A stretch of DNA of 40,045 bases from a virus: the IMG/VR virus record IMGVR_UViG_3300045988_090683; one strand, given 5' to 3'. The position numbers and the translations under genes are program-made. The notes under the pieces are model-generated. The model saw nothing but the letters and a program-made list of their open reading frames with translations. It had not been told where the DNA came from and did no database searches. Positions 1 through 8,146 of the stretch are shown here, in pieces. Every line of letters begins with the position of its first letter. Position 1 is the first letter of the stretch.

Positions 1-46
1 TGGAGGGACTTGAACCCTCACGAGCGTACGCTCACCACCCCCTCAA
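1..46. repeat. attL core (left copy of the 46-bp direct repeat; displaced 3' part of tRNA-Leu)
   Basis: 1-46 is identical to 40000-40045. The reverse complement reads anticodon loop TTGAGGG, stem GGTGG, a long variable arm and T-arm GAGGG-TTCAAGT-CCCTC. Bases 47-51 (gatgg) would complete the anticodon stem, so the true core may be longer than the window can show. Confidence 0.85.
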
Positions 47-164
47 GATGGCGTGGCAAGGAGCACCATTTTAAACAATTTACGAAGTACCTACATATGT
101 TAAAATACATCTATTTTTTAACATATTATATATTACTATATTGCACTATATTTTTGTAACGTAG

Positions 165-184
165 GTTGTCAAAAAGTTGTCAAT
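165..184 (+). repeat. Two tandem GTTGTCAA(A/T) repeats in the attL arm (candidate integrase arm-type sites)
   Basis: GTTGTCAAA at 165-173 and GTTGTCAAT at 176-184. The same 8-mer occurs three times next to attR. Confidence 0.55.
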
Positions 185-243
185 ACTTAAAACGTCTGCA
201 TATCCACCTTTATGCAGTAAGGAGAAATGGGATCACCTCCATG

Positions 244-777
244 TTATCTGCGTAAAGCACTAGCCAAGAAAAGTGCAGCATTGCTAATCGCCCATGTATC
301 ACGTTGGCGACGTAGCCTTTGTTCTGTTCGTTTATTGTTCTTTATTTCCGCTTTCAACTCGTTCAATGATACGGAGGCTTTCTCCAATGAGTTCGCTTGC
401 TCGGTTGTTATTTGCGACGCCTTCGCCAACTCTTCGCCCTGTTTCTTGTTGATAGTTTTGAGCTCGGCCAATTCCTTGCTCCGTTCTTCGTTGATAATCT
501 TCAATTCGTTCAATTCTATCGCTTGCTTGGCGGTTAAGTTCTGAGCCTCGTTCAATGACAAGTTTGAGCTCTTGATTAAGGCGTCTGCTTGTTTCAAGTT
601 CCCTTTGAGTTCGTTCCAACTTGTCAACGGCACGTTGATAGTTGGCTCTTGCGGTGAAGTAGCCGTCAATGAGTTGGCATGCACCAATGAGGAGCAACAT
701 ACAACCACAAACAAGAATAAACCGCTTAATAGTAATTTGAGATTTAACCGCGTTGAGGTATATTTTACATTTCTCAT
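244..777 (-). CDS. Lysis-cassette membrane/coiled-coil protein, spanin candidate (frame A, 177 aa)
   Basis: The ATG at 777 lies 10 nt after a GGGGG SD. The N-terminal hydrophobic segment LLLSGLFLFVVVCCSSLVHA is followed by repeated NELK-type heptad-rich sequence and a hydrophobic C-terminal tail. It lies directly downstream of the endolysin. It overlaps frame B almost completely, so only one of the two may be real. Confidence 0.5.
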   Translation of the reverse strand: MRNVKYTSTRLNLKLLLSGLFLFVVVCCSSLVHANSLTATSPQEPTINVPLTSWNELKGNLKQADALIKSSNLSLNEAQNLTAKQAIELNELKIINEERSKELAELKTINKKQGEELAKASQITTEQANSLEKASVSLNELKAEIKNNKRTEQRLRRQRDTWAISNAALFLASALRR

Positions 778-781
778 ACAT
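332..781 (-). CDS. Lysis-cassette membrane/coiled-coil protein, Rz-like spanin candidate (frame B, 149 aa)
   Basis: The ATG at 781 lies 6 nt after the same GGGGG SD. The N-terminus KRFILVCGCMLLLIGAC is a TM segment or lipobox-like LIGAC, followed by charged helical sequence resembling i-spanins. Third codon positions are AT-rich, as in neighbouring genes. Confidence 0.5.
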   Translation of the reverse strand: MYEKCKIYLNAVKSQITIKRFILVCGCMLLLIGACQLIDGYFTARANYQRAVDKLERTQRELETSRRLNQELKLVIERGSELNRQASDRIERIEDYQRRTEQGIGRAQNYQQETGRRVGEGVANNNRASELIGESLRIIERVESGNKEQ

Positions 782-795
782 ATCTAGCCCCCTAT

Positions 796-1185
796 TTAAT
801 CAAGATCATTCCAACGCGTTGCATAGCCTCGTACATCAACATGAACGAAATCTTGATTATAATATCGCCCAATGCCGTCAGCACCACATTCCTCGGCCAC
901 CTGTGCGAGGTAGTCAACGTCAATGCCGTCATAAGTAATGTCGGCCGCTGTACCCTCAACATGTTGAGAGTTAGGAACGCCACCGACTTCCGCATTATGT
1001 TCTAGGCAACGATAACCGCTTAACACTTCGATTGGCTGCCCAATACGTTCACGAATGGCGTCTAATACATCAACAAGCCTTTTATCGATCACATGGTCGA
1101 GAATAGGGTGTCCGTCGCTATCGTATCCATGACGGCCACATTTACAAGCGAATTCATAATCATCAAAATATGTACCAATTTTCAT
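796..1185 (-). CDS. Endolysin, peptidase M15 family (zinc D-Ala-D-Ala carboxypeptidase-like / L-Ala-D-Glu peptidase type)
   Basis: Motifs SGYRCLEHNAEVGGVPNSQHVEGTAADI and FVHVDVR are present. I place the start at ATG 1185 (SD GAGGTG 7 nt upstream) rather than the track start 1293, which would run across a terminator hairpin. Confidence 0.85.
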   Translation of the reverse strand: MKIGTYFDDYEFACKCGRHGYDSDGHPILDHVIDKRLVDVLDAIRERIGQPIEVLSGYRCLEHNAEVGGVPNSQHVEGTAADITYDGIDVDYLAQVAEECGADGIGRYYNQDFVHVDVRGYATRWNDLD

Positions 1186-1249
1186 TATATGCACCTCTGT
1201 TTTTACTTTTAACGATAATTTCATAGTGTTTTTATCGTTATTTCTAATT

Positions 1250-1289
1250 ATCAAATATAAAAGCCACGCCCATATATCGTGAGCGTGGC
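1250..1289 (-). terminator. Intrinsic terminator-like hairpin downstream of the holin gene
   Basis: GCCACGC (1263-1269) pairs with GCGTGGC (1283-1289). On the minus strand the hairpin is followed by TTTTATATTTGA, and it starts 16 nt after the holin stop. Confidence 0.55.
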
Positions 1290-1304
1290 ACAAACAACAC
1301 TATA

Positions 1305-1835
1305 TTATTTTTTGAGTATCATATCTACTCTTGCATGAACCACGTCAAGCAAGCCAGATATGGTAGTATTTCCGCCGTCTCGCATATTCTCGAGAATGCT
1401 CAATAGTTCTACTGAACCGAGATATAGCCATACGATATTGACGGCGAAAGCGTATTGACCTGCCATGTAGTCAAAGCACCAAGCGGCGCCAGTGGCAAGG
1501 CAATATGTTAAAACTTTTGTTACAAATGGCTTTCTCATATGCTTTGAGGATATAATACCTTTTCCCCATGCAGCTGGAATAGCTATATATTTGTCTAATG
1601 CTGTTAGATTGTCAGCATTTGCCCCCATATCAACAAGCATTTGATATGATATAGCCGCCCATTTTGTGATGAGGTCTAGGAATACCAATAATATGAATAT
1701 ACCTAGCACCTGCACATGTTTTAAGCCAATCATATATATCGCCACATCAGCGATGACGGCAAGCAAGGCTTTTAGTACGAACGAATCCGTCAGTGTCCGC
1801 CAAGCCTCGCATAAAAAATCTGTTATTGCTTGCAT
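1305..1835 (-). CDS. Holin (multi-TM, phage_holin_4 / toxin-secretion holin-like)
   Basis: Four predicted hydrophobic helices and a C-terminal SILENMRDGGN motif typical of that holin family. The SD GGGGGA lies 5 nt upstream. The gene sits between the fibre gene and the endolysin. Confidence 0.7.
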   Translation of the reverse strand: MQAITDFLCEAWRTLTDSFVLKALLAVIADVAIYMIGLKHVQVLGIFILLVFLDLITKWAAISYQMLVDMGANADNLTALDKYIAIPAAWGKGIISSKHMRKPFVTKVLTYCLATGAAWCFDYMAGQYAFAVNIVWLYLGSVELLSILENMRDGGNTTISGLLDVVHARVDMILKK

Positions 1836-1859
1836 TGTTTCCCCCTGTGGTTTGGTTAA

Positions 1860-2903
1860 TTATAGATGGCCCCATTCGCCCTCTGTTGCAACGTACCGAT
1901 GTTCACTGCTTGACCAACTATATTCGGAACTATTAAAGTGCGTCATAGTAGCCCCCTGTTGCAACGTACCGATGTTCACTGCTTGACCAACTAAAGATGT
2001 ATTAGGTTTCAAAAAGATAAGTTCTGGGTTAGTAACATATATAGGTTTGTTGCCTAAATTTAATATGCTGTTATTACCTATAGTGCCGAGATGTAAACTT
2101 TTAGCCTTATTAGTATTGATTGTGATAGTATCCACTTTATCAAATGTCCATTTTCCCATGAACACAAACGGATTATATTCACTTCCATTATAGTTAGATA
2201 CGTTCACGATTAGACGCTTGCCATATAGCGCATATTTAGCACCGTTTTGCTCATAAGTATCGTCCGGCGTACCATCATTATCAGTAACGCCCGATACTAT
2301 TACTGTACTAACTTCCCTATCGATTAAGTCATAATACTTCAATGTAATATCATCTTCGCCGAATGCAGCAATAGGCAACTCTAGGCCTTTTGTTTCAAAT
2401 ACATGCTTATCGCCGCCATTTACGCTGACTTTAAAATGAGGTTGGCCTTGTACAGCTAAAGTAGTTTGTCCTTTTAACGGTTGCAGGTAGGTTAATGGAT
2501 CATAATCGTCCGCTGGAATCAAGCCGTCTAATCGTTCAAGCAGTGTAGATAATATTGTGTCAATATCAGAATTTTCTAAATATATGTTTTTTCGTTTAAA
2601 AAATTCTGCTGCCTTTTCAGCCGTAGCACTTGCACCGTCCTTGCCTTTTAACGATTTTAGCCACTCAACATATGTACCTTGAAATCCGTTTAATTGAGCG
2701 ATATTAAACGCACTTAGTCCGTCCTCACCCTTATCACCTTTAGGGCCTTTCAAAGCCTCTAATTGTTCTGCGGTGAAATCTGCATAGGTGAATGGGTCGC
2801 CTTTATCCCCTTTAAGGCCTTGCGTTCCCGGAACTGTAATATCAATCACTTTCGGAACCCTTGCTTTAACGTTCACATATTCAAAGTTATTTGTATCTTC
2901 CAT
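1860..2903 (-). CDS. Tail fibre protein with short collagen-like Gly-X-Y stretches
   Basis: GTQGLKGDKGDP, GPKGDKGEDG and KGKDGAS triplet repeats occur near the N-terminus. It is the last structural gene before the lysis cassette and has a strong SD, GGGGGTG. Confidence 0.7.
   Translation of the reverse strand: MEDTNNFEYVNVKARVPKVIDITVPGTQGLKGDKGDPFTYADFTAEQLEALKGPKGDKGEDGLSAFNIAQLNGFQGTYVEWLKSLKGKDGASATAEKAAEFFKRKNIYLENSDIDTILSTLLERLDGLIPADDYDPLTYLQPLKGQTTLAVQGQPHFKVSVNGGDKHVFETKGLELPIAAFGEDDITLKYYDLIDREVSTVIVSGVTDNDGTPDDTYEQNGAKYALYGKRLIVNVSNYNGSEYNPFVFMGKWTFDKVDTITINTNKAKSLHLGTIGNNSILNLGNKPIYVTNPELIFLKPNTSLVGQAVNIGTLQQGATMTHFNSSEYSWSSSEHRYVATEGEWGHL
1883..1993. repeat. 38-bp perfect direct repeat (1883-1920 and 1956-1993) at the 3' end of the fibre gene
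   Basis: ctgttgcaacgtaccgatgttcactgcttgaccaacta occurs twice, 73 bp apart. The period is not a multiple of 3, so the two copies are translated in different frames (LVGQAVNIGTLQQ versus SWSSSEHRYVAT). Confidence 0.9.
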
Positions 2904-2917
2904 AATTATTGCACCCC

Positions 2918-3238
2918 CTAATGTGCTGAAATATCATGAATGAATTTCATATCACCCATTACGATTTTAGTAGTATCGTTCCCATGAATAAGGAACACAT
3001 CATATTGACCGCTCCTATAATTACGGCCTATGTTCTTAGTTGCCTCGGCGGTGATTGTGCAGTAAATAATATTCTCATGAACCACACATTCAGCCTCGGC
3101 CAATAGCTTGCCCTGCACGCTCCTCACTTTCATAACCGCCGTGCAGTTGCTTAAATCAAAATCAGCACTGACCTCGTAACCTCTACGATAATCAGCGCCG
3201 ATGTGTAATGTCTCTGGCTCGTTTCTTATAAAGTTCAT
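2918..3238 (-). CDS. Hypothetical small tail/fibre-associated protein (beta-rich, Ig-like by composition)
   Basis: 106-aa ORF with SD GAGGT 5-6 nt upstream, embedded in the tail module. No family recognised with certainty. Confidence 0.6.
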   Translation of the reverse strand: MNFIRNEPETLHIGADYRRGYEVSADFDLSNCTAVMKVRSVQGKLLAEAECVVHENIIYCTITAEATKNIGRNYRSGQYDVFLIHGNDTTKIVMGDMKFIHDISAH

Positions 3239-3251
3239 ATATACCTCGCTA

Positions 3252-4085
3252 TTAGATCATCATTATTTCAATAGCTGGAATATTTTGAGTTCCGTCGAGT
3301 TCGCAAATCAATACTTGCGTTGTTGTGATTGAGTTTTGTCTAATAACTCCGCCAGCATTTCCGCCGTACGTTGTTACAATATCAACGCCGTCGCCGTCCC
3401 AGCTAACTTTATGAGCCATAAAGCCACTATCTGAACCAATAGCTGCTAGCGGATATGTAAAACTCAATCCAGCTTTTTTAATGCCTTGAAATTTGACCTT
3501 GCCGATTTCGTACTCTTCCTTAGATAGGAATGTAGCAGGATAATCCTTATGAATGACTAATGCTAACCGCATTGTTAATAAATTGCTGTTAAATATAACA
3601 TTCCCATTCTTATCGTATATTTCCATGCCGTACTTATCTGTTTTAGGCATTTTGTTAGAGAATACATATATTTCCATGGTGTCAGCAATCTTGCGTACGT
3701 TTTCAAGGCTATCCGTTTTAAAAGCAATTTGTAAGTAATTCGTCCATTTACCAACACGAGTAGGGTGGTTCTTATTTCTCGTTTCTGCAAGTTCGATATT
3801 CTTGATAGGCGAATTTGTGCTCATAGCATATACATATTGCTCGTTAGATTGTCGCTGCAAGATTGGAATGTTTAAATTAGCGTGGTATATATCACCGTTT
3901 TGCGTGTGCTGAACGCCGTATATAATCCCGTCGCCGTTATATCCATAATATTCATTATGTTCCACCTTAACCGATTGTTTAATAGGCATATCCTTGAGGC
4001 TGATTTTATATTTTAAGTACAAGCAACTATCCGTATCGTTAATTGTTACTATGCTGTCATTATTATGACTTTCAAAATGTTTCAT
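3252..4085 (-). CDS. Hypothetical tail/baseplate-associated protein
   Basis: 277-aa ORF with SD GGGGTGA. The internal segment YGMEIYDKNGNVIF resembles the N-terminus of the upstream neighbour (AGLQVFNKNGVQIV). Confidence 0.65.
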   Translation of the reverse strand: MKHFESHNNDSIVTINDTDSCLYLKYKISLKDMPIKQSVKVEHNEYYGYNGDGIIYGVQHTQNGDIYHANLNIPILQRQSNEQYVYAMSTNSPIKNIELAETRNKNHPTRVGKWTNYLQIAFKTDSLENVRKIADTMEIYVFSNKMPKTDKYGMEIYDKNGNVIFNSNLLTMRLALVIHKDYPATFLSKEEYEIGKVKFQGIKKAGLSFTYPLAAIGSDSGFMAHKVSWDGDGVDIVTTYGGNAGGVIRQNSITTTQVLICELDGTQNIPAIEIMMI

Positions 4086-4086
4086 A

Positions 4087-4401
4087 TTACATCACCCCAT
4101 AGATTAATGCTACTTTACAAGGTTTATTGACGTTATTAGGTGCTTTTAAATTCCATGAGATTTTACCACCCTCAACAACAATATTGTAATTAGGCCCGAA
4201 TCCATACAAAAGGTCGTCATTATCGCCTGCATACGAATTTAAGTAATACCATATATGCTGACCTTTACTCAATTCGACTGTAGCGCTACCGCTTTCCTTA
4301 ATCACGTCAAACCGTTTAACGCCAGATACTTTTGTAAGTCTATCCGTTAAGCTAACAATTTGAACGCCGTTCTTATTAAATACCTGTAATCCCGCTGGCA
4401 T
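4087..4401 (-). CDS. Hypothetical tail-associated protein
   Basis: I prefer ATG 4401 (strong SD GGGGGTGA 7-8 nt upstream, product MPAGLQVFNKNG...) over the track start 4467, which overlaps the J-like gene and adds an odd basic leader. Confidence 0.6.
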   Translation of the reverse strand: MPAGLQVFNKNGVQIVSLTDRLTKVSGVKRFDVIKESGSATVELSKGQHIWYYLNSYAGDNDDLLYGFGPNYNIVVEGGKISWNLKAPNNVNKPCKVALIYGVM

Positions 4402-4457
4402 GTTATTTTCACCCCCATGCTTAAATAATCGCTTAAATAACTTCTTGAAAAATGTAA

Positions 4458-7400
4458 TTATTCCCATACACCTAACCTCACTCGCAATTGATTGTCATCG
4501 TCATACACTTCAATAAGATTATCGCTAATTTCAACCCTTGCGCCACTCGTTTTAGTTCGCAATGTGCCGATTGTAGCCGTGATAGATGATAGGCTATCAA
4601 TTTGCATTTTATCAGCAGTAACGGCACCAGCCTGTATCATGCCTTTGGTAATGATGTTCTTATCAAATAATGCGTCGCCAGTAACATGCAATAATTTGCC
4701 GTCTATGCGTGTACCTGCTGGGCTTAGATTGATACGGCTCACCAGTTCAGCGCCGTCAAGGCTGTTCATAGCCTCTGTTACTTTTAACTCAATACCGCTT
4801 GAAATCTGCGTGATTTGTGAGTTTACATTATGCTGATAATCGCTCAAAGTGCGCTGGTAAGCATTGCCAAGGTCGATGATTTTGCTATCCATTCCGTTGA
4901 CGGCGGTCTTGACTGTTCCGACTTCACTCTTTAAGTCATTTACCGCTTTGTCGATACCCTCTAGGCCTAGGCTTTCCATGTCAAGTAGGGACTTATCGAT
5001 TTTAGCTTTGATTGTCGCTAGTTGCTCATCACTTCTAGGGCCTTCACCGAATAGATCAACAAATGCGACCTGTACGGTATGAACACCACTTTCCAAAGGT
5101 ATTGTTGCTACGTTTGTTGTGAAGAAATATCGCGTACCGTCAACGTAAATATTAACCCCTTTACAACCTAACTTGATATTATCAGTAGTAATACCGATAC
5201 CATTAATCAAACTAACTATTTTGATAGTAGATGGTTTAGGTGGAATAGGTACGTTATAGGTTAATTCTGCCGGTGCACTATATCCTTTTGTAGGGTTATG
5301 AGCATATAAATATACTTTTGCACTCCGTTCTGTTAATAGAGTGCTTAAAGTAGTATTATTGCTTTTACCAATTAGCCCATACTCTTGACCTGGGTGCAGA
5401 TCATATCGCAACTCGTAAAAATCAATATCAGCGTTACGCACCTCTAACCAATTAAAGGTGGCAACATCGCCAAACGAAACGCCCAGCCCTTGCGGAGTAT
5501 TAGGCACTTCTGATTTGAGCTCAACTAATACAGATTTGATAATGCCTTGTGAGTAGTTTCCATGACGGTCCTTTACTTTTAATCGCACCTCATATGTATG
5601 GCCTAATTCACAACCACTAATAACGATTTGATTATCACCATTACCGCCATATTTCCATTCGTTTGTACCTTCACGATACCATGCTTCGACAGTATCAAAT
5701 GTATTAATAGTTGGTTGAGTAAATGCAGCCACTACATCAAATGACAATACACCATCGCCAATTTCGTAATATTTAGTGAATAATGCTAAATCACTTACTT
5801 CCGGAATATAGTACGGTGTGATTGTATATGGATATGCTTGCACCTCATCTAACCCTTGTTCGTTAGATCCATACATATTGAATGACGTAAATTTAAAATA
5901 TACCTGCTTTCCGATATCCTCTTTACGATACGGAGCATGATATAACGCCTCATCAACTCTTACGAACCTAGCACCAGCATTATGAGCTGTATCATTAGTT
6001 CCATATTGGCCACGTATAATACCACCCAAAGCATAATCGCCATTAATCTGCAATTGCGCAGTTTCATAAGATAGACACTCACCGTCAACCCAACATAGAG
6101 TGTTCGCTCGTTCAGCGTCAACATGACTGCCACCTTTTAATGCACCTTGATTGATTATCACATTAGCGGAGTTTCTACCTTGTGTTAGGTTAGTTTTAAG
6201 CCTACCCATTCGAGCTTGTTGTGAGATATTGCCAATTCGTTTATAGTTTTCGTTATTGTCTGATAACCATATAGAACAGCCTCCCCAATTAGGCTCTGAA
6301 TTTACACCGATATATAATTCGTTGCCCCCTACATCACCTGGCGTTTGAATAATAGCTACATCGTTAACACTTGGAGCAGGCACATTATAATCAATAAAAG
6401 GCCGTTCATTTTCATGAACGTTATACTTTGCTGGAGCATATGTTCCTGGCGGCTTACCTTCTGCTGTAATTTCAAGTTGTCCATCTGCAGCTTCTGATAC
6501 TGATGTTATAACTACGATTTGCTCACGCAATCCGCATAACTCATCTGTGATTGTTACTAGGTCGCCTGGTTCCAATCTACAAAAAGCCCAGTCGAGATGG
6601 AATGTATATTGATTCTTTGCATATAGCCGTTTCATAGCAAGCTGTTCAGCGTAGTATTGAGCCCTTGCCTTAGTATAGAGATAATGAGCGGACTTCTTAG
6701 GCGCTGGTTTTAGGCCGTTCTTTTGAACATCTGCTACTACCTCGAATGATACTGTTTCTTTCTCATAGCTATTGGCTCGATTAATGAACTCAACTGTTGC
6801 CTGATTATATGTTTCCGAGCTATCTTTTCGCTTATACACAATAAGTTGTCCATCACTGGCCGGAATAAGATCATCTGCTGTTAAGTTATATTGAATTTGA
6901 TTAGCTGGCGACCAATCGCCAATAGGCTTATCGGCTAATGGTACAATTTTCAAACGGTCTGTGCTCCAAAATACAAGACTATTTGTAATTTCAGCTATAT
7001 CATTAATAACATTTTGAGCCTTTGAGCTTTTACTGTCCGGAGGGGTACTAATTAGAATATCTGCTGCTTTGCAGTAGGCACGATAATTTTCTAATCCGTC
7101 TATACTTACATCGTCAATGCCGATTGATTTTAACACATGCACAATATAATCGGCTGGGTTTACATCGATACCGTCGCCAGTATCTAATAGCTTCCCTCTA
7201 ATTTCAAAATTAAATTGAGGTAGGCTACCTCGTTCCCCTAAATCAACAACACCGGCCATATATGCCAAGCCACTATAAGGCAATGCCTTTTCAGGGTGCT
7301 TGGATAAAACATAAGGCCACGGAGTTTGTCCATAATCACCGTTATATGCCGTCAGTTCGATTTTTTCGCTCGGATAGGTATATATCTCCTTGTCTCGCCA

Positions 7401-7688
7401 AACCTTCCCTATGCCAGCGATAGGGCCTTCGCATAAGCCAATAGCGCATGCAACAGTATAGGTGTAGGTTATTTCTGTATGCTTTGAACCGCCACCTTTA
7501 CCAGTTCTTGTCGTACTGCGATGTTCATGAGGTGTGAAATCGTCGTAGTAAATAATATTGCCACTCAATCGTGTAGTGCCTAACACTTCCGGCACTACCT
7601 CACCATACGAAGCACTATTGATTTGAAAATCAGCAATCATATCGGCTCGATTAGTGGTATTTTTACCGCGATTAAATAAAAAGCCCAT
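4458..7688 (-). CDS. Central tail fibre / host-specificity protein (lambda gpJ-like, GTA g15-like)
   Basis: 1076 aa. The N-terminus GEVVPEVLGTTRLSGNIIYYDDF is typical of the J-type tail-tip family, with FN3-like segments and a C-terminal coiled/fibre region. It follows the NlpC/P60 gene as in lambda and GTA tail-tip modules. Confidence 0.8.
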   Translation of the reverse strand: MGFLFNRGKNTTNRADMIADFQINSASYGEVVPEVLGTTRLSGNIIYYDDFTPHEHRSTTRTGKGGGSKHTEITYTYTVACAIGLCEGPIAGIGKVWRDKEIYTYPSEKIELTAYNGDYGQTPWPYVLSKHPEKALPYSGLAYMAGVVDLGERGSLPQFNFEIRGKLLDTGDGIDVNPADYIVHVLKSIGIDDVSIDGLENYRAYCKAADILISTPPDSKSSKAQNVINDIAEITNSLVFWSTDRLKIVPLADKPIGDWSPANQIQYNLTADDLIPASDGQLIVYKRKDSSETYNQATVEFINRANSYEKETVSFEVVADVQKNGLKPAPKKSAHYLYTKARAQYYAEQLAMKRLYAKNQYTFHLDWAFCRLEPGDLVTITDELCGLREQIVVITSVSEAADGQLEITAEGKPPGTYAPAKYNVHENERPFIDYNVPAPSVNDVAIIQTPGDVGGNELYIGVNSEPNWGGCSIWLSDNNENYKRIGNISQQARMGRLKTNLTQGRNSANVIINQGALKGGSHVDAERANTLCWVDGECLSYETAQLQINGDYALGGIIRGQYGTNDTAHNAGARFVRVDEALYHAPYRKEDIGKQVYFKFTSFNMYGSNEQGLDEVQAYPYTITPYYIPEVSDLALFTKYYEIGDGVLSFDVVAAFTQPTINTFDTVEAWYREGTNEWKYGGNGDNQIVISGCELGHTYEVRLKVKDRHGNYSQGIIKSVLVELKSEVPNTPQGLGVSFGDVATFNWLEVRNADIDFYELRYDLHPGQEYGLIGKSNNTTLSTLLTERSAKVYLYAHNPTKGYSAPAELTYNVPIPPKPSTIKIVSLINGIGITTDNIKLGCKGVNIYVDGTRYFFTTNVATIPLESGVHTVQVAFVDLFGEGPRSDEQLATIKAKIDKSLLDMESLGLEGIDKAVNDLKSEVGTVKTAVNGMDSKIIDLGNAYQRTLSDYQHNVNSQITQISSGIELKVTEAMNSLDGAELVSRINLSPAGTRIDGKLLHVTGDALFDKNIITKGMIQAGAVTADKMQIDSLSSITATIGTLRTKTSGARVEISDNLIEVYDDDNQLRVRLGVWE

Positions 7689-8146
7689 TATTTGCCACCT
7701 TTCCTAAAACGATACACAGCACGTAAGCGACTTTTCCCTTTGGCGTCATAAAATAATACATCGTCAATCGATGAAAGAATAACGCCCAAGTCAACAAACG
7801 CATGAATTACTAAATTGTTACCAATATAAATGGCACCATGAGAAATGCATCGGCCATATTGGTATAGTAAGAAATCACCGATACGAAGATCATCAAAAGG
7901 CACCTCGTCCGCTACTTGTTTAACATATTTCAGGTACTTTTCTTCTGAACGATGTAAATGCCATTCATTGGAATAGTTTTCGATATTGAAATCTGCAATA
8001 TTCATTAGGCCACTATCAACCACTGCAGCCACCAATAAATATGAGCAGTCTACCCCTTTGCCTTTCACCATAGCGTTATTTTGATACGGAGTGCCTAGCC
8101 ATTCACATGCAGCATTTGCTATACGTTCACCTGTTGTTAATTTCAT
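7688..8146 (-). CDS. Tail-tip NlpC/P60-family peptidase (lambda gpK / GTA g14-like)
   Basis: Catalytic-type motifs GVDCSYLL, SHGAIYIG and LVIHA are present. There is an ATGA overlap with the upstream gene and a TAATG overlap with the J-like gene. Confidence 0.8.
   Translation of the reverse strand: MKLTTGERIANAACEWLGTPYQNNAMVKGKGVDCSYLLVAAVVDSGLMNIADFNIENYSNEWHLHRSEEKYLKYVKQVADEVPFDDLRIGDFLLYQYGRCISHGAIYIGNNLVIHAFVDLGVILSSIDDVLFYDAKGKSRLRAVYRFRKGGK

Noticed and set aside
227-544. Plus-strand 105-aa ORF with an AAGGAG just upstream of its ATG
   Set aside because: The SD-to-ATG spacing is only about 2 nt. The ORF is antisense to the spanin-candidate region, and its product is an implausible S/L/F/C-rich mirror translation. 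It is most likely open only because of the periodic composition of the opposite strand.
796-1293. Long (165-aa) version of the endolysin ORF from the track
   Set aside because: The extra 36 codons cross the holin terminator hairpin and an inverted repeat and have no SD. The internal ATG at 1185 has GAGGTG at ideal spacing and starts exactly where the M15 domain begins.
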